Shown here in pieces: positions 15,746 to 23,011 of a stretch of 32,000 bases of DNA. The stretch's first letter is position 1, and each line of letters begins with the position of its first letter. The stretch is from Nitrosarchaeum sp. Its GTDB lineage: Archaea; Thermoproteota; Nitrososphaeria; Nitrososphaerales; Nitrosopumilaceae. A program made the translations under genes and the position numbers. The DNA lies in NCBI GenBank assembly GCA_025699025.1, contig JAILWJ010000001.1, forward strand, positions 260,488-292,487, read 5' to 3'. Below the pieces are notes generated by a model. The model saw only the letters and a list, made by a program, of their open reading frames with translations, was not told where the DNA came from and made no database searches.

Positions 15746-16369
15746 ATGCCAGACGATGATGATTTACCAAAAGATCTAGATCATATCACACCTGCATATC
15801 GTAGGGCATTGTGGATTGTTGTTTTGATCAATGTAGGGTATGGAATTGCTGAGATGATTGGAGGATTCCTTGCAGATTCTCAAGCACTCAAAGCTGATGC
15901 ACTTGATTTTCTAGGTGACGGTTCTATCACGTTCTTAGGATTGCTTGCAATAGGATGGGGTTTGAAATTACGTGCGTGCTCAGCTTTACTACAAGGAATT
16001 TTTCTTGGAGTAATGGGTATAGCAGTGCTTGGCTATACGATATACCGTACACAAGTTCTGCATACTCCTGAAGCTGGATTGATGGGAGTTTTTGGCATTG
16101 GTGCACTTTTGATCAATGTCATTGCAGTTATCATTCTACTTCCACATCGAAAAGGTGACGCCAATGTACGGGCAGTATGGATATTTAGTCGCAATGATGC
16201 ACTAGGTAATATTTTGGTAATAGTTGGTGCAGGTTTTGTATTTTTGACAGGTACATCATACCCTGATCTCATAGTAGCTGGAGTAATTGCTAGTCTCTTT
16301 TTACAATCATCATTATCAATCATTAAAGACGCAAGAAATGATATAAGAGAATCAGAATCTATGAAGTGA
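15746..16369 (+). CDS. Cation diffusion facilitator (CDF)-like transporter, membrane domain only
   Basis: 207 aa, about 6 hydrophobic helices. LKADALDFLGD (TM2-like DxxxD) and SRNDALGN (TM5-like) resemble CDF metal-site motifs. It is too short to carry the usual cytoplasmic C-terminal domain. Confidence 0.6.
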   Translation: MPDDDDLPKDLDHITPAYRRALWIVVLINVGYGIAEMIGGFLADSQALKADALDFLGDGSITFLGLLAIGWGLKLRACSALLQGIFLGVMGIAVLGYTIYRTQVLHTPEAGLMGVFGIGALLINVIAVIILLPHRKGDANVRAVWIFSRNDALGNILVIVGAGFVFLTGTSYPDLIVAGVIASLFLQSSLSIIKDARNDIRESESMK

Positions 16370-16425
16370 AAATCAAAATTGAATATTATGAGATTTTATA
16401 TATTTGAGATTGTATCAGATTTTTT

Positions 16426-17274
16426 ATGACAAACCAATATGTAATAATTGGAATTGCAGTTGGGGTATTTGTTGCTGGGATTGGAATAGGTTATGGAATT
16501 TCACAAAGCACAGTAACTTCAAACTTTATGCACATGACACCACAACAGATGCAACAAATGATGGATGATCCTAACATGATGAACCAATGGATGGGCACTA
16601 TGATGAATAATCCACAAACCATAACAGAGATGCACAACATGATGATGTCTAATCCTCAATACATGAATCAAATGATGAGTACTATGATGAACATGATGAT
16701 GGATGATCCACAAATGCAACAACAAATGATGACTCACATGATGAATAATCAGGGAATGATGGACACTATGATGAATAATCAAGACATGATGAACATGATT
16801 ATGGGAAACAACATGATGGATGGAAATATGATGGGAAACAACATGATGGGTTCAGGAATGATGAGCTCTCAATCTTCTCAAACAATTCCCACTAATGAAG
16901 ATCCTCAAACTAGAATATTTCAAATTAGTATGGAAGAAGTAGAGTTCTATGCTGAAGTCAAAAATGAAGGAGAAGAAACAATAGCATTTGTTGAATTACA
17001 CAGATGGGAGCCAAATACAATAATTGTTAATCAAGGAGATACTGTTGTTCTTGAAATTACTAATCCAAGAAAACATGCACACACATTATCAATTCCTGCA
17101 TTTAACATAAATTCAGAAATGCTTGAACCACGAGGAGGAGTAGATGCTGTAACATTTGTTGCAGATAGTCCAGGAGTTTTTACATTTTATTGTGGATTAC
17201 CATATAATCCTGACAAACTGTATTGTGATCCTGATCATAGTATGATGACAGGGACTTTGATTGTTTTAGAATAA
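16426..17274 (+). CDS. Membrane-anchored Met-rich protein fused to a C-terminal cupredoxin-like domain
   Basis: 282 aa. N-terminal TM (YVIIGIAVGVFVAGIGIGYGI). About 43 Met in ~113 residues by hand count. C-terminal beta domain with His (KHAHTLSIP) and FYCGLPYNPDKLYCDPDHSMMTG (C...C-x3-H-x2-M). Confidence 0.75.
   Translation: MTNQYVIIGIAVGVFVAGIGIGYGISQSTVTSNFMHMTPQQMQQMMDDPNMMNQWMGTMMNNPQTITEMHNMMMSNPQYMNQMMSTMMNMMMDDPQMQQQMMTHMMNNQGMMDTMMNNQDMMNMIMGNNMMDGNMMGNNMMGSGMMSSQSSQTIPTNEDPQTRIFQISMEEVEFYAEVKNEGEETIAFVELHRWEPNTIIVNQGDTVVLEITNPRKHAHTLSIPAFNINSEMLEPRGGVDAVTFVADSPGVFTFYCGLPYNPDKLYCDPDHSMMTGTLIVLE
16528..16866 (+). repeat. ATG-rich low-complexity coding region (Met-rich tract)
   Basis: Reiterated atgatg / aacatgatg units encode MM, MMM and NNMM motifs. 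Confidence 0.85.
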
Positions 17275-17541
17275 CCTAATTTTTATGTCTACTTGGTACC
17301 AAAATAATCCACAAAATAGTTTTAATCCTGCCACTGTCCCGTTACAATTTTAGTGTAGATAAAATCTTTTCAAAATTCCTCAACAGGATTTAGACCCTAT
17401 GATTAGTTATGATTCAAATTCTGAATTCTCTTTTACTTTCCAAACAAAAATCCACTAAATTCTGACAAGAAGATATTATAGAATTCTGATTTGAAATCTT
17501 TGAGAAATATTGATACTCCGTAGCCTCGAAGAAGTTTCACG

Positions 17542-18468
17542 TTATAATGATTCTTTGAATTTTTCAAAGTCATCTTTCAATTCCTTGTATTCAACATCAA
17601 GAAAAGGATCAGTTTGATTGAGTTGATTGTAAACCATGAATATTGCAATATTTAGGCAATTCCAAGATTCTTCAATTGTTACATCCCTGCTTTTTCTATG
17701 AACAATATCGTTTCTTAATTTTCGGAGTTTTGTTAAACAATCATAGCCTTTTTTGTTCAATTTTCCTGCAAAAGATAAGCTTTCGATATAATGACTAGTA
17801 TGCCATGAATGATGATTTCTTAATCCGTCTTTTTCAAACTTATTTCTATCAAGTAAAGATACATAATCATTCCAAATTTTTTCCAAAATATTTTCAATTA
17901 CAATCCATGACAAAAGAAAAGATACTTGGTATAATCCGTCTTGAAATAAGCCACTAGATTCCCCAATTAGTAAAGAATCTGTTTTGTAATCAGGCTTTCT
18001 AAAAAAAGAATATGCTTGTTGAATCAATCTTTTCATTAATAGGGGGTAGATTGTTTGTCTTTCAATACTGAGCCACTCTGATTGATGGGACTCTTTATCT
18101 TCCCGTTTCCATTCTTGTAGCGATCTTAGTGATTTGGAAATACGAGTTGAAATGTGTGCTAATTTTTTATTATTCTCAATTTCAAAATAACATAAATCGT
18201 CTTTTGTAATGAATCTGGCTCTGTGAAATTTTGTTACAAAAATAGCAAATAAAACATTCATGAAGTCAAACGCATCTGCATAATTTTGTGTTATTGGACA
18301 GACAAAACAATCATCAGTTACTAATACTCTAAAATCATCAGAGCATTGCACATCCACTTTAATTGGTCTTCCAAAAAATGCACAATCCATGTATTCTTCT
18401 AGATCCCCTTGAATCTTAGATGGAGGGTAGAAAAAAGATCCAAAACCCGAAAGTTTTTCATCACTCAT
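17542..18468 (-). CDS. HEPN-motif protein (possible Abi-like RNase); N-terminal domain unknown
   Basis: 308 aa. C-terminal helical region with LTKLRKLRNDIVHRKS, i.e. Rx4H (R252..H257, nt 17698-17715), preceded by helices WIVIENILEKIW. It is the only cargo gene on the minus strand at the distal end of the element. Confidence 0.55.
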   Translation of the reverse strand: MSDEKLSGFGSFFYPPSKIQGDLEEYMDCAFFGRPIKVDVQCSDDFRVLVTDDCFVCPITQNYADAFDFMNVLFAIFVTKFHRARFITKDDLCYFEIENNKKLAHISTRISKSLRSLQEWKREDKESHQSEWLSIERQTIYPLLMKRLIQQAYSFFRKPDYKTDSLLIGESSGLFQDGLYQVSFLLSWIVIENILEKIWNDYVSLLDRNKFEKDGLRNHHSWHTSHYIESLSFAGKLNKKGYDCLTKLRKLRNDIVHRKSRDVTIEESWNCLNIAIFMVYNQLNQTDPFLDVEYKELKDDFEKFKESL

Positions 18469-18682
18469 AATCTTGAACTAATTAATTCTGTCTTAAGATT
18501 TACGACAACACAGCATGTTTTCTCTCACAAAAGTGGGGGATACCATTTTTACTGATTGTCGACAAAAAGGGAACACGCCCCATTTTCGATGGAGTGTTCA
18601 TTCAAATCGATTGAATGTTACATAAAACAGTGAATTTAGGCACGAAGTTGGGTCTGAAATTAGACCCAGAAAGGTATATCAG

Positions 18683-18697
18683 TCCCACTAGACCCGC
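18683..18697. repeat. Right attachment-site core (attR): TCCCACTAGACCCGC
   Basis: Perfect copy of 8258-8272. It lies 42 nt downstream of the aspS stop codon (18740-18742, minus strand). Confidence 0.8.
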
Positions 18698-18739
18698 TAC
18701 TCACTTAATGGTTCGGTAACCCATAAGGTAACTGAATCC

Positions 18740-20053
18740 CTATGGCGTCAGTCTGTCAGGATCTCTTGGATACAGTACTACTTCTCTAACATTGTCTATT
18801 CCAATTAACGTGGTCATTAGCCTATCCAGCCCCATGCCCCATCCTGAATGCGGCGGCATGCCCCAGTCAAATGTCTGAAGGTGGTCTGCAAATTGAGCCG
18901 GATCCAGCCCTTGCTCTTTTAGCCTCGATTTTATCATCTCCGGATCATGAAGCCTGGTTCCGCCAGATGACAATTCCAGGTATCCGTACTGCAAGTCAAA
19001 TGATCGTGACAGTTCTGGGTTTTCGTCCTTTTCTCTGATGTAAAACGGCTTTAGCTTCATAGGCCAGTCTGTCAGAAAATAAAATCCTGGATGGTTCTTT
19101 CCAACAATTCTAAGATGCGAGTCAAGCAGGTCATCGCCAAACTCTACCTTCTCGCCGACGCTTTTTAGCTCCTCGATTACCTGAGAGTATGTTACTCTTT
19201 CAAACGGAAATGACGGGATCTCTATTGTGTGGCCCATCCCTTCCTGCTCTTTTTTGCAGTTTTCCGATGTGTACTTGTAGACTTCGATTACAAGTGACTC
19301 CAACACATCCATCACGTCACTGTAATCCATAAACGCGGCTTCGATATCGACACTTGTAAACTCACTAAGGTGCCTTCCGGTGTGGGAATTTTCTGCCCTG
19401 TAAAAGCTTGAAATCTCAAAGACCCTTTCTAGCCCTATTGTCATCTGCTCTTTGTACAATTGTGGTGACTGTGCAAGATATGCAGTTCTGCCAAAGTATT
19501 CCAGAGAAAACAAGTTTGCCCCCCCTTCACTGGCACTGCCGATAATCTTTGGCGTTGTAATCTCTATGAATTTTTTTTCTGACAATGTTTTTCTAAGCGA
19601 TGCTAAAACATGATGCCTTAGTTTGAAGATGGATGCAGTCTTTTGGTTTCTCATGTCAAGTGCCCTGTGGTTCAGTCTGGTGTCGATGTTGCTCTCCAGT
19701 CTCCCGATTGGGTCCACTGGTAATGGGTGTATTGCTTTTGCAAGCACGTCAATCTCTTCAGCTTTAATCTCAAAATCAAAATCGCGAGCTTTTGTCTCTT
19801 GAACTATTCCCCTCACACTTATCACGCTCTGGCGGTTTAGCTCCCCCAGGTTGTCATTTAGATCACCTTTGACAATTATCTGCGATATTCCAGACACGTC
19901 CCTTAAAGTGATAAATGTCATCTTTCCAAGCTTTCTTAGGTCCTCTACCCATCCGCCTAGAACAACCTCCTTGCCAATTGTGCCAGAGTCTAATTCTGAA
20001 ATGTCATGAGTCTTTACAAATGCCAAACCTATTTCACGCTCTTTTGTCCTCAA
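18740..20053 (-). CDS. aspS: Aspartate--tRNA ligase, archaeal/eukaryal-type short form
   Basis: 437 aa. OB-fold N-terminus (VVLGGWVEDLRKLGKMTFITLRDVSG). Class II motifs FYRAE and GWGMGLDRL. TTG start overlaps the upstream gene by 20 nt. Confidence 0.9.
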   Translation of the reverse strand: MRTKEREIGLAFVKTHDISELDSGTIGKEVVLGGWVEDLRKLGKMTFITLRDVSGISQIIVKGDLNDNLGELNRQSVISVRGIVQETKARDFDFEIKAEEIDVLAKAIHPLPVDPIGRLESNIDTRLNHRALDMRNQKTASIFKLRHHVLASLRKTLSEKKFIEITTPKIIGSASEGGANLFSLEYFGRTAYLAQSPQLYKEQMTIGLERVFEISSFYRAENSHTGRHLSEFTSVDIEAAFMDYSDVMDVLESLVIEVYKYTSENCKKEQEGMGHTIEIPSFPFERVTYSQVIEELKSVGEKVEFGDDLLDSHLRIVGKNHPGFYFLTDWPMKLKPFYIREKDENPELSRSFDLQYGYLELSSGGTRLHDPEMIKSRLKEQGLDPAQFADHLQTFDWGMPPHSGWGMGLDRLMTTLIGIDNVREVVLYPRDPDRLTP

Positions 20054-20549
20054 ACTCTATCTCAATGTCAAGGTTTCGGGCATTTTTGACAATCTGGACT
20101 ACTTTTTGCGTGTCTATTGGGAATCTTGGCGTCCATTTGCCTGAAACAACTGCCTTTGTCTTTTGCACTCCTCCTGGAGCCCATACCGAATTTATGGACA
20201 GTATCTTTGTTGGAAAGAACAGATCCTCGATGAATTTCTTGTCATTTTCGTCTGCCTCTACCAGCCATATCTTTGCTTGAAACTGATCTTGTAATAGTCT
20301 GTAAAGTGTCCTGCTCTGCCTGATTATCATAATGTCGTTTTTGGCAAGTGATATGATATAATTCCCTTCTATTTCCTTGCATGAAAAAAGCGTGAAACCG
20401 TCAATATGCTGATTGATCTTTGCCAGTTGTGCCAGCTTGATTGATGCCTCGACATCTGCTTTTGTGAGACTTCCTGCCTCTACCTTGCCCTCACACTGGG
20501 GGCAGAGCACCGCATTTTTTGCATCAAAATTACATATTGGAAGCTTCAT
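20034..20549 (-). CDS. NusA-like KH-domain protein with N-terminal zinc ribbon (tentative)
   Basis: 171 aa. CNF...CPQC ribbon. The second half (DKKFIEDLFFPTKILSINSVWAPGGVQKTKAVVSG) resembles the archaeal NusA C-terminal KH arrangement, but the GxxG loops look degenerate. Confidence 0.45.
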   Translation of the reverse strand: MKLPICNFDAKNAVLCPQCEGKVEAGSLTKADVEASIKLAQLAKINQHIDGFTLFSCKEIEGNYIISLAKNDIMIIRQSRTLYRLLQDQFQAKIWLVEADENDKKFIEDLFFPTKILSINSVWAPGGVQKTKAVVSGKWTPRFPIDTQKVVQIVKNARNLDIEIEFEDKRA

Positions 20550-20635
20550 CTGAACCGACTTTTTTAATTTCTATTAAAGTTGTTTATATCCCTTAGCGCA
20601 TGGATTTTCATGATGTGTTGTGGATGATACTTTTT

Positions 20636-21919
20636 TCAGTTATGTGTGATTTTTGATGACACTATATTCCTCATGTAAACTGAAAAAACCACAACTGATA
20701 CCACAAGTAGCGTTGCTGCCATGACAAATGAGACTGTATATCCAAAAGATGAGCTGACAAATCCTGAGATCAATGATGCTGAAAATATTCCGATTCCTAC
20801 CATAAAGCTGTTCACTCCTAGGAACCTTCCCTCAAATCCCTTTGGTATGGCCTTGAAAAATATCACCGAGTTTGAAGTTGAAAATATTGAAAATCCTACT
20901 ACCATTATGCACGACGCTGCCACGGCAGCCAAAAACGAATAGTCTCCAATTAATATGGGGACCAGCGTTCCGCTCAGCACAATGCCTGCAATTCTTGGCC
21001 CATATGAAATCCTCACTGACCTGCTTTCTCCAATCCATGAGACAAGTCTTGGGGTGAGGAAGAAAAAAGCCATCATTACTATGGTCTGAATCAAATACAC
21101 TGCAAAAATTTGTGAAGTTGAAAATTCATAGTGTTTTAAGAATGGAATTAGTATGGTAAAGAAACTATTGCTTCCAAAATAAAAGAAAAAGTTTGTAAGG
21201 TACAACAGTCCAATTTCGTGCTTTATTTTTCCTTTAAAGAGAACCGTGATGTGCTTGAAGTCCTCTAATTTTGGATGCTTTGGAAAATAAATGTGAAAGT
21301 GCATTCTGTGGTGCCTCAAAAAATATGTTGCACCATGAATCGATTCTGAAATCGTGTGTCTTTCAAGAAATGAAGATTTTCCAACTAACACACTGGTAAA
21401 TAATGAAAACAAAGAAAACCCCGCACAGAATAAAAAATAGGGCCTTAGATCAAACATCTGACTCCAAAACATGCCTACTGCAAATGCAGCAAGACTTCCA
21501 AACGTGGTAAGATTTGATGTTAACGCAAACATTGCACTCCATCTGTTGTTGGGGTTTGTCTCCATTACCATCATCTGCGTGATTGGATTTTTACCAATGA
21601 TGAAAAATCCCACAATTGCAGATAGGGCAAATATCGTTGGCAGTTCCATTGCAAAATATAATGCCACTGATGAGGCAGTAACGGCACTAAATGAAATTAA
21701 GAGAATCACTCTTTTGATGTGGTATTTGTCAATTATCTTGCCCCAAAAAATCGCGCCCAAGGCAGACCCACAATACTGAACCGCAATTACAATGCCTACA
21801 TCAGCCACGGTTCCATTCAAAAATAACACGTACAGTGGGATTACTATGTGGAGTCCCTCGATAGTGACACTTGATGGAAAGATGTACCACATCCAAGATT
21901 TTGAGACCATTGGTATCAA
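20636..21919 (-). CDS. Major facilitator superfamily transporter
   Basis: 427 aa, about 12 hydrophobic helices in a 6+6 layout with a central loop. The start may be the ATG at 21910 (MVSKSW) rather than the TTG at 21919. Confidence 0.7.
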   Translation of the reverse strand: MIPMVSKSWMWYIFPSSVTIEGLHIVIPLYVLFLNGTVADVGIVIAVQYCGSALGAIFWGKIIDKYHIKRVILLISFSAVTASSVALYFAMELPTIFALSAIVGFFIIGKNPITQMMVMETNPNNRWSAMFALTSNLTTFGSLAAFAVGMFWSQMFDLRPYFLFCAGFSLFSLFTSVLVGKSSFLERHTISESIHGATYFLRHHRMHFHIYFPKHPKLEDFKHITVLFKGKIKHEIGLLYLTNFFFYFGSNSFFTILIPFLKHYEFSTSQIFAVYLIQTIVMMAFFFLTPRLVSWIGESRSVRISYGPRIAGIVLSGTLVPILIGDYSFLAAVAASCIMVVGFSIFSTSNSVIFFKAIPKGFEGRFLGVNSFMVGIGIFSASLISGFVSSSFGYTVSFVMAATLLVVSVVVFSVYMRNIVSSKITHN

Positions 21920-22063
21920 GACTGGTATTTCATCTTCAATATGATCAAATCATATAACAAATTCTAACAAACTAGTTGAATCTTGCAGTATCTTGAACTC
22001 TTGATGCATGTTTCTTGTACTTTTCACTGCAAAACAAAAATGCAACTATACATCTAAGGAATC

Positions 22064-23011
22064 ATGGCTTTGCTGGTTGTCAAAGATCTTTCTTCTCAAT
22101 ACTTTACATCAAAGGGCCCAGTTTACGCAGTTTCAGATGTAGATTTTACCCTTGAGGATGGCAAGTCCATAGGAATTGCAGGTGAGAGCGCGTGCGGCAA
22201 AAGCACGCTTGGCTTGTCTGTGATAAGGATGCTTTTGGGCGGCACGTCAACTGGCAAGATTGTCTTTGATGGCACCTCTTTGCTTGATCTGCCTGGATCC
22301 AAATTCGACAAAGAGTTCAGGTGGAAAAAAATATCCATGATTTTCCAGGGCGCCATGAACTCCCTTGATCCTGTGTTCACAATTGACGAGCAGTTCAATG
22401 AAATCCTAAAGCAGCACAAGTTCCAAGGCAATGCAAGACAGCTAATCTCTGATGCAGTAAAGTCTGTCCACCTTGATGAGGCAGTTCTGAAAAAATACCC
22501 TCACGAACTGAGCGGTGGCATGAAACAAAGGGTAGTCATTGCCATGGCATTGCTGCTAAAGCCAAAGTTTGTAATTGCCGACGAGCCAACAACTGCACTT
22601 GATGTGCTAATCCAGGCTCAGATTGTGAACCTGCTAAAGGAATTGAAAAAAGACGGCATGTCGTTTATGTTTATCACGCATGACCTGGCGGTTTTATCTG
22701 AGATTGCCGATAACATTGGAATCATGTATGGTGGCCAAATGATAGAGTTTGGCTCTTCTCACGAAGTCTACAAAAACCCAAAACATCCTTACACCCAAGG
22801 ACTATTGCAATCGATTCCAAGGCTGAGGGGCCACCCGCCAATCCACATCAAAGGAAACCCGCCCAGTCTTTTGGAACCTGCAACCCAGTGTCGCTTCATT
22901 GAGCGATGCCCGTTGGCAATTGAAAAATGCAAACAGGTTCCACCTGCTATCAAAACCAAAACAGGCTATGTAAGGTGCTGGCTCTACGATGATGAATCTC
23001 TAGTTGTTTAG
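22064..23011 (+). CDS. ABC transporter ATP-binding protein, Dpp/Opp (peptide/nickel) type
   Basis: 315 aa. Walker A GESACGKST, signature LSGGMKQR, Walker B FVIADEPT. C-terminal oligopeptide-transporter extension (HPYTQGLLQSIP ... CRFIERCP). Confidence 0.85.
   Translation: MALLVVKDLSSQYFTSKGPVYAVSDVDFTLEDGKSIGIAGESACGKSTLGLSVIRMLLGGTSTGKIVFDGTSLLDLPGSKFDKEFRWKKISMIFQGAMNSLDPVFTIDEQFNEILKQHKFQGNARQLISDAVKSVHLDEAVLKKYPHELSGGMKQRVVIAMALLLKPKFVIADEPTTALDVLIQAQIVNLLKELKKDGMSFMFITHDLAVLSEIADNIGIMYGGQMIEFGSSHEVYKNPKHPYTQGLLQSIPRLRGHPPIHIKGNPPSLLEPATQCRFIERCPLAIEKCKQVPPAIKTKTGYVRCWLYDDESLVV

Larger units (their letters stand above)
8258..18697. mobile_element. Integrated element (~10.4 kb) with tyrosine integrase and metal-handling/HEPN cargo
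   Basis: Bounded by perfect 15-bp direct repeats, with the integrase at one end and housekeeping genes on both flanks (leu cluster, aspS). Cargo is clearly more AT-rich than the flanks. No replication or capsid genes were recognised. Confidence 0.8.

Noticed and set aside
16519-16782. His-rich 87-aa antisense ORF (MIIHHSVHH...) opposite the Met-rich tract
   Set aside because: It is a mirror artefact: ATG repeats read as CAT (His) on the other strand. The sense ORF is continuous, with an N-terminal TM helix and a C-terminal cupredoxin domain, so the plus strand is the coding one.
17389-17397. Third att-like site (tTTAGACCC) that would split the element into an integrase/copper module and a HEPN module
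   Set aside because: Only 7 of the 15 core bases match. That is too weak to call a tandem-integration junction, although the GC difference of the HEPN gene keeps the idea alive.
18640-18740. Possible tRNA or tRNA fragment as the integration target (minus strand begins GCGGGTCTAGTGGGA..., plus a GGGTCT/AGACCC stem)
   Set aside because: I could not build a cloverleaf. There is no D-stem complement and no T-arm (GTTCRAATC-like) sequence, and the stem has a 6-nt rather than a 7-nt loop. At the left site the sequence ends in ...GACCCGCCA, which resembles a tRNA 3' end, but the preceding bases cannot form a T-arm. A tRNA scan should still be run.
18732-18740. CTGAATCCC immediately after the aspS stop matches the 9 bases at 8253-8261 that run into the left att core
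   Set aside because: It could be a remnant of an older att half-site. However, it is short, overlaps the gene end, and I cannot build a consistent model with it. I treat it as unexplained or coincidental.
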